DNA from: Acidobacteriota bacterium
GTDB taxonomy: Bacteria > Acidobacteriota > Blastocatellia > HR10 > J050
NCBI GenBank assembly: GCA_003696865.1
Contig: RFHM01000075.1
Span: 1 to 41,703, forward strand
Reading direction: 5' to 3'
DNA length: 41,703 nucleotides
Shown: positions 17,168 through 25,403 of the stretch, in pieces
How positions within the stretch are numbered: the stretch's first letter is position 1
Layout: the number at the start of each line of letters is the position of its first letter
Position numbers and translations under genes: made by a program
The notes under the pieces: model-generated
What the model was told of the DNA's origin: nothing
Seen by the model: only the letters and a program-made list of their open reading frames with translations
Database searches by the model: none

Positions 17168-18355
17168 TCATTGCCCGATGGTGGTCGTTCCTCCCTCGGC
17201 GATGACTTTAACCCGTTTCGAGATGGTCAGCATCTCGGGATATGATCCGGCTTTGATCTTGATCCGGGCCCCATCCCAGGCGAGATTATTGGCTTCGCCT
17301 ACCGTGTTGAACGGTCTCCATGGTGTACCTCTCACATCCATATACGCTCTGAGCCCTTGGGAATCAAAAAACGGCCGGCCGTCGCGATGGACATAGATCG
17401 TGTGTGTGTAATGCTTCAAATAGATGGAATCGTCGGAATCGCTGAGCTCGTTGTCCAGCATGATCACGTGGAGTTGACCTCTGATATTCGGTGCCCGGCC
17501 ATCGTCTAAATCCCAGATGGTGATCCCCTCGGGTTCTTCATATTTGGGGAACCCAGGATGAAATTCGTAATTGAAATATCCAGAACCGCTTGTGGATCGT
17601 TGAAGCCTCTTACCAGTTGATAAATCGAAAACGTGTATACCATCGGCCACAATGTACAACAACTGTCCGCCTGGGGAGATCACTCCTCCTTGCACGTGTT
17701 GGAGTCTGATCTGGGAACCGGCTTCATCAAATAGGGGAACTGGAGGCGCTATTGACAGTATCAAATTCTGGCCGTTCCTCAACGCGTTCCAGTTGATGAG
17801 GTACTTGTTAACGGCTACAACATCGTCGTCGTTGGAACTGTACACGTTCCCTCGCGGATCAACGGCGACCCAGGGGGCGTGAGTTTGGACGGCGAACGTG
17901 GCGTGATCGACATATTGGAGCGTATCAGCCCTGAACACGGCCAGGCCCGGCGGGCCACCTTCGATGGGGATCAGGATGTAGCCTTGGCCGTCAAATGCGT
18001 AGTAACTGGGATCGCCGAAGTGGTCGTAGCCGGCGGTAGCAAGCTGAGGTATGTTCCTCAGCGAAACACGTTGAACGCCCGGAGCTGCGATAAGAAGGAA
18101 TGCGTCGAGATCCTGGTTGACCGGAACTTTCCATAACGCATCTCTTTGAGTGATGAACCAGTGACTATTGTCATGGGTCAATCCTTGAGCCTCTGCGTGC
18201 CATCCTGCGCGACCATTGACCGGGTATTCGCCGAGATAGAGATAGTACCCTTCATAGAGATCCTGGGCGATGTTCCTCGGTTGAAAGAGGATCAGAAAAA
18301 GGAGCGTGATGATGAGTCCTCTGCTGAGCACGCCTGTTTTCTTTCTCCTCTCCAT
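17168..18355 (-). CDS. Secreted hypothetical protein (probable beta-propeller-like body) with a 53-aa C-terminal module shared with the upstream protease
   Basis: Signal peptide MERRKKTGVLSRGLIITLLFLILF. RBS GGGAGGGAGAAGTC. I cannot assign the body to a family. The C-terminal GTPWRPFNTVGEANNLAWDGARIKIKAGSYPEMLTISKRVKVIAEGGTTTIGQ is shared. The start lies 31 nt after the protease stop. Confidence 0.7.
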   Translation of the reverse strand: MERRKKTGVLSRGLIITLLFLILFQPRNIAQDLYEGYYLYLGEYPVNGRAGWHAEAQGLTHDNSHWFITQRDALWKVPVNQDLDAFLLIAAPGVQRVSLRNIPQLATAGYDHFGDPSYYAFDGQGYILIPIEGGPPGLAVFRADTLQYVDHATFAVQTHAPWVAVDPRGNVYSSNDDDVVAVNKYLINWNALRNGQNLILSIAPPVPLFDEAGSQIRLQHVQGGVISPGGQLLYIVADGIHVFDLSTGKRLQRSTSGSGYFNYEFHPGFPKYEEPEGITIWDLDDGRAPNIRGQLHVIMLDNELSDSDDSIYLKHYTHTIYVHRDGRPFFDSQGLRAYMDVRGTPWRPFNTVGEANNLAWDGARIKIKAGSYPEMLTISKRVKVIAEGGTTTIGQ

Positions 18356-18386
18356 GACTTCTCCCTCCCATATGCGCGGTCATCGG

Positions 18387-20114
18387 TCACTGCCCGATGG
18401 TGACCGTTCCCCCGCTGGCCAATACGGTCAACCGTTTGGAAAGCGTCAGCGTTTCCGGATAGGACCCGGCCCGGATCTTGATGCGCGCGCCATTCCAGGC
18501 GAAATTGTGAGCCTCGGTGACGGTGTTGAATGGCTGGCTGGGCGTCCCGCGCTCGTCGCCGCTATAGCTGCCGTCTACGTGGATCGTGCCGCCAATTTCC
18601 AGCCACCGCTTGATGATCGGGAAGGTGGTCTCGAATTCCCCATACATGGTTGTGAATTCATCGGTGTTGCCGCAATCGAGAGTCTCTCCGGCGCAGGAGA
18701 GAGATGGACAGCACGAGCCAAAGAGCTGGCCGGCGAGTTGGCCGGCGCTGTTGAAGACGCCCGAGCCGCTCGATCCCGGCTCGATGACGCCGTTGTCGAT
18801 GTCATAGTAGTCGTAATCTGTGGGATCGCCGCAGCCGGCACAGCCGGGGCAGAAACCGACGTCGCTGAGGAACGTCACCCGCTTCCAACTGCCGCGAGGA
18901 TGATGAATGCCGTAGGCCGTATCCGGACTGTCGGTCGTCCATCCGGCCAACCCCACGCCACCGGGGATGCCAGTGAGGCGAATGAAGGTCATGTCGTTGC
19001 CCCCATCGGTGGGATTGGCCTCCAGCAGCGTGCCACCGGTCGTGCGCGGCAATGTGGCATAATTGGGGAGCGCCCCTCCACACGCGTTCCGTTGCCAGAA
19101 CCAGACGATTTCCAGACTCTTGACCGCCGCCTGGGTGTGAAGGCAATGGTAGGCGGTGAGGAAATAGGGCACCGCCGTCTCGTCATCCAGGTCGTTCAGC
19201 AGCGTCCCGGTGCAGACAAACGCCGAGCCGTCTTTCACGAAGTTCATCTGACCGGTGGCATCCCGCGCCGCTGGATGCACAGGGGGAGAGCCATAGCACA
19301 TGGGATCGAGATGACAGGGCAGTTGGGCAGCCTCAGTCTCCTCTTGGACCGGACCGGCTGGATTTTTGTCGAAATGGAGGATTTCGGGTATCTCCAGCCG
19401 GGGAGTCTCGGATCCGGATGCCTCGATGAACACCGTGTCGCCGAGCAGCGAGGCCGTCCAGAAGTCACCGCTCCCATCGGGTCCCTTTCCCGTGTAGGGA
19501 CCGCGCACGATCACATCATCCCTATCGCGAGCGTAGACCAGAACCGATCCCGCTCCCACATCGAAATGAGTGAAGCGAATGCGAATGCCAAAGGCCCCCG
19601 GAGAGCGGATGGCCAGCGTCCACACGTTGCCCCCGTCGGGGAGCGCGACGTGCAGGGCAGCGGTCTCGAACGACAAGGGCACAGTCCCCAGAGAGCGCAC
19701 CAGGCCTACGCGCCGCGGACCCGGATGCACATGAGCGTACTCTCTGGCGGCACGACGGTCCACAGCAGCAATCTGCTCCGCGCTCACCGGCCCCAAATCG
19801 TAAACGTTGAGTCCCTCGCGGAACGCCCCGGCCAGATGAAGACTCGCTGGTGTGGGAGCCTGTTTCTGAAGGGCTTGCGGTTCGCTCGGCGCCCGCTCGG
19901 GAAATGTTTCACGGATGACCTGTTGTCCCCAGGCGTTGATCACAAGAAGCAGAACGGCGACCGGGAGACTCAGCAGGTGGAATCGGCTGTGAGTTGTCGA
20001 TATCGTTCCTCGTGGTAGTGCTCGTGTATTCAGACCATTGGTCAGGAGCACTCGCGCTCGAATGAGGGCACTGGCAATATGGATGATGAGTGGTTGCTGC
20101 TTTCGCGCTTCCAT
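18387..20114 (-). CDS. Secreted trypsin-fold (S1 family, lysyl/glutamyl-endopeptidase-like) serine protease with the shared C-terminal module
   Basis: Catalytic His in VCTGTLLND...YFLTAYHC, Asp in GNDMTFIRL, Ser in EPGSSGSGVF. The N-terminal pro-region is typical of lysyl endopeptidase-like enzymes. Start at 20114 after AGGAGGAGTTGACT. C-terminal GTPSQPFNTVTEAHNFAWNGARIKIRAGSYPETLTLSKRLTVLASGGTVTIGQ. Confidence 0.8.
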   Translation of the reverse strand: MEARKQQPLIIHIASALIRARVLLTNGLNTRALPRGTISTTHSRFHLLSLPVAVLLLVINAWGQQVIRETFPERAPSEPQALQKQAPTPASLHLAGAFREGLNVYDLGPVSAEQIAAVDRRAAREYAHVHPGPRRVGLVRSLGTVPLSFETAALHVALPDGGNVWTLAIRSPGAFGIRIRFTHFDVGAGSVLVYARDRDDVIVRGPYTGKGPDGSGDFWTASLLGDTVFIEASGSETPRLEIPEILHFDKNPAGPVQEETEAAQLPCHLDPMCYGSPPVHPAARDATGQMNFVKDGSAFVCTGTLLNDLDDETAVPYFLTAYHCLHTQAAVKSLEIVWFWQRNACGGALPNYATLPRTTGGTLLEANPTDGGNDMTFIRLTGIPGGVGLAGWTTDSPDTAYGIHHPRGSWKRVTFLSDVGFCPGCAGCGDPTDYDYYDIDNGVIEPGSSGSGVFNSAGQLAGQLFGSCCPSLSCAGETLDCGNTDEFTTMYGEFETTFPIIKRWLEIGGTIHVDGSYSGDERGTPSQPFNTVTEAHNFAWNGARIKIRAGSYPETLTLSKRLTVLASGGTVTIGQ

Positions 20115-20213
20115 AGTCAACTCCTCCTGAAATCTCCGGGCAATCTTCAACCGCGCCAGGCAGATGTGGCCCACCTGTGAATGTGATGCCTGTTTACGCC
20201 CATTCCTGTCTGC

Positions 20214-21764
20214 TCACTGAAGCGCGACGAGAACGAGGATCAGTCCTCTGTCTCGCTTCAGCCCGGTCATGGCCTTGCCCAGGATAGCCCCTTGAGCCCG
20301 GGCGTGGTCGATCACTTTCATGGCGTGACCAGGCGTCTCAGACGTCGTCAACAGGTCGCCCGGTTCAATTGGGCCATAGGAGGCATCGGCCCAGCAGTAG
20401 ACGCGACCCGTCAGTGCCACTGAGTGAGTTCCGTCAGCCTTCGAGCCTTTTTGTCCCATGAGCATTCCCGGCTTCACTCCGCCAGCCCCACTGATGATAC
20501 CGGCGACTCTCCGGTCGTAGCTCTTATGGCTGACCACCAGATTTCCAGGGCTTTCCGGATCGATACTGACGACCATACCCGGCGCTGGGAGCACATCCTC
20601 CTCGCCTGGGTTAATTTCGAACGGCTCGGACAGGTCCGCTCCTCCGACGATCTCCAAGACCTTGACCATGACATGACCGTTCTCTTTTATGACAACGCCA
20701 TTTGTGCTTCCGGGCGGCGAAGCGGAATTACTCGCCGTCAAATGAATCCCTGTGGAGTCAAAAGTTATATCCCGCCTATGCCCGGCTGCCGGCTCAAACG
20801 TTATGATTCCGGGCCAACCTCCTGGTGTCGTGATGTAGAATTGCCCGTTTACGTCAAAGCGTGCGCGACCCGACACGTGGAGCTTTTCCTGGGGATTCGT
20901 CGTCCCGATGCCGACATTGCCGCTGACTTCTCTCACCGTCAGAGCATCGGGCGCAGCAAAGGCGCTGATGATCACACCGGTGCCGAACTCACCTCTGATA
21001 TTGTGAGCAGGGTGACCGAAAGATACTATGGCATCTTCTCCGGCCGCGTCGAAGCCTTGGGTCCCCCTCACAAAAATATTCCCCTCAACGTGCAATCGAG
21101 AACTCGGACTCGCCGTCCCGATCCCCACGTTGCCGGTGTTGGTGTTGTAGATGTGTGGGCCATTGGCCAACCAGAGATTCGCCTGCTCGGCGGTTGCGCG
21201 CTCCTCGCTCTCGTCCTTCATCACGTCTGCTTCTTTGAACAATGCGGCCTCGTCTCCGTCGCCCGCGAATCCCACTGGGACGCCGATCAAACTCCATGGC
21301 TCGTGTTGAGCGAAAATGGCGTAGGGGGTGGACGTCAGTCGCTGTCGAGGCGAGAGCGTCGCGTAAGGGGCGGCGCTACCACTCGGACGCACGGCCACCT
21401 CCAGCCAATGCTCAGAACTCCCGAGGGCGATGGGATCGAACTCACATTCGATGCCAAACAATCCGTCGATCACGTCGATTTGTTCGTAGAACGCGGAATC
21501 GAGCGCCTCACCCCCCGTCTGGGTGGTGTACAGGGTGAAGCGAAAGTCATAAAGGCCGTCGGCCGGCGTGCCGTCCTCTCGTAATTGTCCCTGATAAGCG
21601 AAACTCATCTGGCGGACGGCTCGATTCGAGTCTCTTCCATTCTGCAGCTTGATGGCCGAGCCTGTTTGGGGAAGTGCGGGTAAGATGACCAGCACAATCC
21701 AGGCCAGCAGAATGAGAGGCCTTCGTGGCCGGTAGAGATGAAAAACGTTAATCCTATTATTCAT
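20214..21764 (-). CDS. Secreted or anchored phage-tail-fibre-like protein
   Basis: N-terminal YQGQLREDGTPADGLYDFRFTLY...GLFGIECEF...WLEVAVRP...LSPRQRLTSTPYA module. Two GNVGIGT(A/T)xPxxxLHVxG motifs, common in tail-fibre-like proteins. The conserved-looking C-terminal region is ...VAGIISGAGG...VALTGRVYCWADASYGPIEPGDLLTTSETPGHAMK. Start at 21764 after GAGGAGGAATCCGACC. Confidence 0.6.
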   Translation of the reverse strand: MNNRINVFHLYRPRRPLILLAWIVLVILPALPQTGSAIKLQNGRDSNRAVRQMSFAYQGQLREDGTPADGLYDFRFTLYTTQTGGEALDSAFYEQIDVIDGLFGIECEFDPIALGSSEHWLEVAVRPSGSAAPYATLSPRQRLTSTPYAIFAQHEPWSLIGVPVGFAGDGDEAALFKEADVMKDESEERATAEQANLWLANGPHIYNTNTGNVGIGTASPSSRLHVEGNIFVRGTQGFDAAGEDAIVSFGHPAHNIRGEFGTGVIISAFAAPDALTVREVSGNVGIGTTNPQEKLHVSGRARFDVNGQFYITTPGGWPGIITFEPAAGHRRDITFDSTGIHLTASNSASPPGSTNGVVIKENGHVMVKVLEIVGGADLSEPFEINPGEEDVLPAPGMVVSIDPESPGNLVVSHKSYDRRVAGIISGAGGVKPGMLMGQKGSKADGTHSVALTGRVYCWADASYGPIEPGDLLTTSETPGHAMKVIDHARAQGAILGKAMTGLKRDRGLILVLVALQ

Positions 21765-22080
21765 GGTCGGATTCCTCCTCTCCCCGAGGTTGTCGATGTT
21801 TCGTCCCATCGCGGGCGATCCCGGTAGAAGCACCCATCAGATCGAGACAACCGCGACAGATGACATAATGATCGTCAACGCCCCTCTCCGTGTGTAATGT
21901 CCCGAGAATGATCCACTCCTGGAGGGTCGATTGGTCGATTCCCGTCGACTCAACGGCGGCCGCCAGCGTGATCATGTCGAGACGGCTTCCGCAGAGAGGG
22001 CAGGCGTTGACCTTTCGTCCCCAGCTTGTACGTATACGCCGGCGGTGATAGGTGATCATGATTTCCTTGGTCCGCCCCAT
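21757..22080 (-). CDS. Small Cys4 zinc-ribbon protein with an excisionase/MerR-like HTH segment, first gene of the operon
   Basis: CPLCGS ... ITLAAAVESTGIDQSTLQEWIILGTL ... VICRGC. Start at 22080 after GGAGGAACTCGGCC. Its 3' end overlaps the next start by 8 nt (ATGAATAA). Confidence 0.55.
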   Translation of the reverse strand: MGRTKEIMITYHRRRIRTSWGRKVNACPLCGSRLDMITLAAAVESTGIDQSTLQEWIILGTLHTERGVDDHYVICRGCLDLMGASTGIARDGTKHRQPRGEEESDHE

Positions 22081-22137
22081 GGCCGAGTTCCTCCTGGTGA
22101 GCTTTGAGTGAGACGACCCCAATATACGGAAAATGAT

Positions 22138-22193
22138 TGTGAAAGTCTTGAGGAAACCGTGATATAATCGTGAGGAATTTGTGAGAGCATATT
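22138..22193 (+). promoter_or_regulatory. Divergent control region: helically phased TGA(G/A)-core direct repeats and an extended -10 (TGATATAAT)
   Basis: TGA cores at 22140, 22149, 22160, 22171 and 22182 (spacings 9, 11, 11, 11), in tGTGAaag / tTGAGGAAAc / cGTGAtat / cGTGAGGAAt / tGTGAGag. TGnTATAAT at 22160-22168. The ATG of the regulator is at 22194. Confidence 0.45.
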
Positions 22194-24179
22194 ATGACGG
22201 GCGAGAGAGCGGTCATTTATCGGTTCGGAGAATTCGTCCTCGATGTGAGCGAGCGCCAGCTCAGACACGGTGAACAGGAGATCTACCTCCGACCGAAGAT
22301 CTTCGAAGCGCTCGTCTATCTCGTTGAGCGTGCGGGCCATATTATCGAGAAGAACGAACTCAAACACGCTCTCTGGCCCGACACCATTGTCACCGAAAGT
22401 GCCCTCACCCAGAGCATCAAAGAAATTCGCGAGGTGCTGAGGGATGACTTCCACCACCCGCACTACATCCAGACGATCCCTCGCGTGGGCTATAAGTTCA
22501 TCGCCGAGGTTGAAGATATCACCCCCAGCGAGATCACCGAGGAAGGAGAAATGGAGGACGAGTATGGCACCATCAGAATCCGGGTGGTGGAACGAGAGGA
22601 CGAGCAACAGAGAAGGGAACAGTGGGCGAATGGGCCGATGAATGAAGCGATGCTTCGCGCCCCTCCTTTCTCCGCTCACCCTTCTCTCCCACGTTCGGAT
22701 TGGTGGACGCGGAGGGGTCGCGCGATCTTCGCCGGCCTCGCCCTCCTCGTTTTGTTGGTAGCCGTCGGACTCCTTCTCCACGGCCGAAAGCGCCCCCCCA
22801 TCCGTTCCATCGCCGTCCTCCCGTTCACATACCTCGGAGTCGATGCCGACCGGGAATACTTTGCCGATGGCGTGACCGAGGCGCTCATCGCGGACTTGAG
22901 CAAATTGAGAACCCTGCGCGTGATTTCACGCACTTCGGTGATGCAGTATAAAGGGGCGCGCAAGACGCTGCCGGAGATTGCTCGGGAATTGGACGTAGAT
23001 GCCCTGGTGGAAGGATCGGTGCTGCGCTCGGGGTCGCGGGTCTGCATCACCGCCAGACTGATCCGCGCCCGTCGAGAAGAATTGATGTGGGCGGATAACT
23101 ATGAGCGCGACCTCAGCGACATCCTGACTCTGCAGCGGGATGTGTGCCGGGCTATCGCCCAGCAAATTCAGAAGCAGTTGGTGCCATCGAAAGAGACGAG
23201 TTCACCCGCGGTTTCGTCGATCAACCCGGCGGCCTACGAAGCCTATCTCAAAGGGCGTTACTACCTGAATAAGAGGACCGACGAAGGCTTCAGAAAGGGT
23301 ATCGAGTACTTCCAGCGGGCCATCGCCCGGGAACCGAATTATGCTCTCGCCTATGCCGGCCTGGCCGATTGTTACAATCTGCTCAATAACTATGATGTCA
23401 TGCTCCCGCGCGTGGCCGCTCCTCGAGCCAAGGCCGCGGCCAGACGGGCGTTGGATATCGATGACACGTTGGCGGACGCCTATGCTTCACTGGGATTCAC
23501 GCACACATTCTATGACTGGGAGTGGGAGAACGCTGAGCGAGCGTTTCGACGAGCCATCGCATTGAATCCAAGCTGTGCCCCGGCGCATCATTGGTACGGG
23601 TTATATCTGGCGGCGAAGGGGCGATTTGAAGAGGCTCGTGAAGAGCTCCATCAAGCTCGTGAACTCGATCCGCTCTCCCTCATCATCAATGCCAATATCG
23701 GATGGGTTCTTTACTTCGAACGTCGCTATGATCAGGCCATCGAAGCCTGTCAGAAGACGCTGGAGATGGATGCCCATTTCCTCTCGGCGCGCATCAAGCT
23801 GGCCTGGGCGTACGAGCAGAAGGGGATGTCTCGAGAGGCCATCGCGGAGTTTCGCCAGGTCCTCGCTCATGATGAGACTGATCCCAGCTTCTGGGCGCTC
23901 CTCGGTCATGCCTACGCTGTGGCGGGCCGGAAAACAGAGGCGATCCAAATGATCGGCGAAGCGAAAGACCGATCGGCGCGAAGGTATCTCTCGCCATACC
24001 TGATAGCCATCATCTATGCCGAGCTTGACGAGCGTGACCGCGCTCTGAAGTGGTTGGAGAAGGCTTATGAAGATCGAAGCGGGTGGCTGGTATGGCTGAA
24101 AGTGGACCCCAAACTGGACCGGTTGCGCGCAGATCCTGGATTCGTGGAGTTCCTCTCTCGTCTTGGACTCGACGAATGA
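22194..24179 (+). CDS. CadC/OmpR-type winged-helix transcriptional regulator with TM segment, TolB-N-like domain and TPR repeats
   Basis: N-terminal YRFGEFVLDVSERQLRHGEQEIYLRPKIFEALVYLVERAGHIIEKNEL...IPRVGYKF (Trans_reg_C). TM segment AIFAGLALLVLLVAVGLLL. SIAVLPFTYLG...EYFADGVTEALIADLSK. Multiple TPR-like repeats (AYAGLADCY, AYASLGFTH, AHHWYGLYL ...). Confidence 0.85.
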   Translation: MTGERAVIYRFGEFVLDVSERQLRHGEQEIYLRPKIFEALVYLVERAGHIIEKNELKHALWPDTIVTESALTQSIKEIREVLRDDFHHPHYIQTIPRVGYKFIAEVEDITPSEITEEGEMEDEYGTIRIRVVEREDEQQRREQWANGPMNEAMLRAPPFSAHPSLPRSDWWTRRGRAIFAGLALLVLLVAVGLLLHGRKRPPIRSIAVLPFTYLGVDADREYFADGVTEALIADLSKLRTLRVISRTSVMQYKGARKTLPEIARELDVDALVEGSVLRSGSRVCITARLIRARREELMWADNYERDLSDILTLQRDVCRAIAQQIQKQLVPSKETSSPAVSSINPAAYEAYLKGRYYLNKRTDEGFRKGIEYFQRAIAREPNYALAYAGLADCYNLLNNYDVMLPRVAAPRAKAAARRALDIDDTLADAYASLGFTHTFYDWEWENAERAFRRAIALNPSCAPAHHWYGLYLAAKGRFEEAREELHQARELDPLSLIINANIGWVLYFERRYDQAIEACQKTLEMDAHFLSARIKLAWAYEQKGMSREAIAEFRQVLAHDETDPSFWALLGHAYAVAGRKTEAIQMIGEAKDRSARRYLSPYLIAIIYAELDERDRALKWLEKAYEDRSGWLVWLKVDPKLDRLRADPGFVEFLSRLGLDE

Positions 24180-24377
24180 GATTCGCGGGGAATCCCGTCA
24201 TCGGATAGAAGATGGGAATTGATTCCATGACGCGGCTTTTCGATTGTCGGCCAGGTCGATCCCGGTGTCCACGACGCTCCGTAGGAGGTGACTGGTCCTC
24301 GATGGGGAGCGATCTTCAAAACGGGTCAGACCATTACGATCCGGACGCTTTCGGAGGAACATTGAGAGGAGGAGAAT

Positions 24378-25235
24378 GTGTCGGAGATCATCGTGAAACC
24401 CATCGGCATCGTTCGCTCATCGGTGAAACAACGATCGGATATGCCCACATTGGGCGTGCCGGCCATCATCGAAGTGTTTGACGAGTATACGGCGGGGCTG
24501 CGTCATCTGGAGAAGCACAGCCATCTATGGGTACTCGCCTGGTTGCACGAGGCGACGCGCGATAAGCTCCTGGTCACTCCGCGGGGAGTGCGAGATCAAG
24601 GTGAAGCCGGACTCCATGGCGTGTTCGCCGTGCGTTCGCCGACGCGCCCCAATCCCATCGGTCTCTCGGCCGCCCGCATCGAAGCCATTGAAGGGAATCG
24701 CATTCGAGTGGATCGCCTCGATTTCGTCGATGGCACGCCGGTGATCGATGTGAAGCCTTACTTTCGCCGATTCGACGCCATCGCCGCCGTGCGCAACGAA
24801 CCGATCGGGCGGCCGGCGAGTCGAGACATCGCGCTCGCCGCCTTGCTCATCGAAGCGGAAAATTTCCACGGCGAGCGGTGTGGCGGATTGGCGCTCGCCG
24901 CTCGCATTGTGGAACACGCTCGATCGGTCCTCTTCGATTATCGCGATCCTCCGGGACTGAAAGTGATCGCTCCTCGGGCACGAGGTTGTCTGGTGGATAC
25001 GTTGATGGCTCTGTTCAACGTCGGTTTCGGTCGAGGGACGCTTGACCTCCACAATCGAGACGCGGTCATTCTCGCCCATGGGTTGCGTCAATACGTGTAC
25101 ACGCTGGTCGTGCCACCCTCTCGATCGTTCGAGGATCTCTTGGCGGCGTCGGAATCGAACGTCTTTCAATTTCGATCATCGGATGATTCGCGTTCCGGCG
25201 GAGAACAATCTGAGCCCGTTGAGAATTGCTCGTGA
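24378..25235 (+). CDS. trmO: TsaA/TrmO-family (YaeB-like) tRNA methyltransferase domain fused to an FmdE-like C-terminal domain
   Basis: IVKPIGIVRSS...HLEKHSHLWVLAWLHEA...GVFAVRSPTRPNPIGLSAARIEAIEGNRIRVDRLDFVDGTPVIDVKPY is the TsaA fold signature. The C-terminal FHGERCGGLALAARIV resembles the FmdE FHGHxCPG motif. GTG start after GAGGAGGAGAAT. Confidence 0.65.
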   Translation: MSEIIVKPIGIVRSSVKQRSDMPTLGVPAIIEVFDEYTAGLRHLEKHSHLWVLAWLHEATRDKLLVTPRGVRDQGEAGLHGVFAVRSPTRPNPIGLSAARIEAIEGNRIRVDRLDFVDGTPVIDVKPYFRRFDAIAAVRNEPIGRPASRDIALAALLIEAENFHGERCGGLALAARIVEHARSVLFDYRDPPGLKVIAPRARGCLVDTLMALFNVGFGRGTLDLHNRDAVILAHGLRQYVYTLVVPPSRSFEDLLAASESNVFQFRSSDDSRSGGEQSEPVENCS

Positions 25236-25360
25236 GCGAACGATGAACGATCCCTCGGGGCCGAGCGACCACCTCGAAACGGCGCGGCTTGCCCGGGAGG
25301 TGAAAACCATCCCGCCGAAGACGCTCGATGACTGTTCGTCCTTCGAAAGCAGGATGTAAC

Positions 25361-25377
25361 GCAAGCCGCCAGCTTGC
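25361..25377. terminator. Hairpin between the convergent trmO-like and VWA genes (GCAAGC-N5-GCTTGC)
   Basis: 6-bp stem, followed on the plus strand by ACGACCTCATTTTCA. Weak. Confidence 0.25.
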
Positions 25378-25403
25378 ACGACCTCATTTTCATCCTTCGT
25401 CGA

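Noticed and set aside
18306-20018. 570-aa ORF on the plus strand
   Set aside because: It is antisense to the S1 protease gene, which has a clear catalytic triad and RBS. The translation is Arg/Gly/Ala-rich with no motifs, typical of a shadow ORF in high-GC DNA.
22056-22781. 241-aa minus-strand ORF overlapping the regulator start
   Set aside because: It is antisense to the well-supported wHTH domain and would also overlap the Zn-ribbon gene start. No motifs are present.
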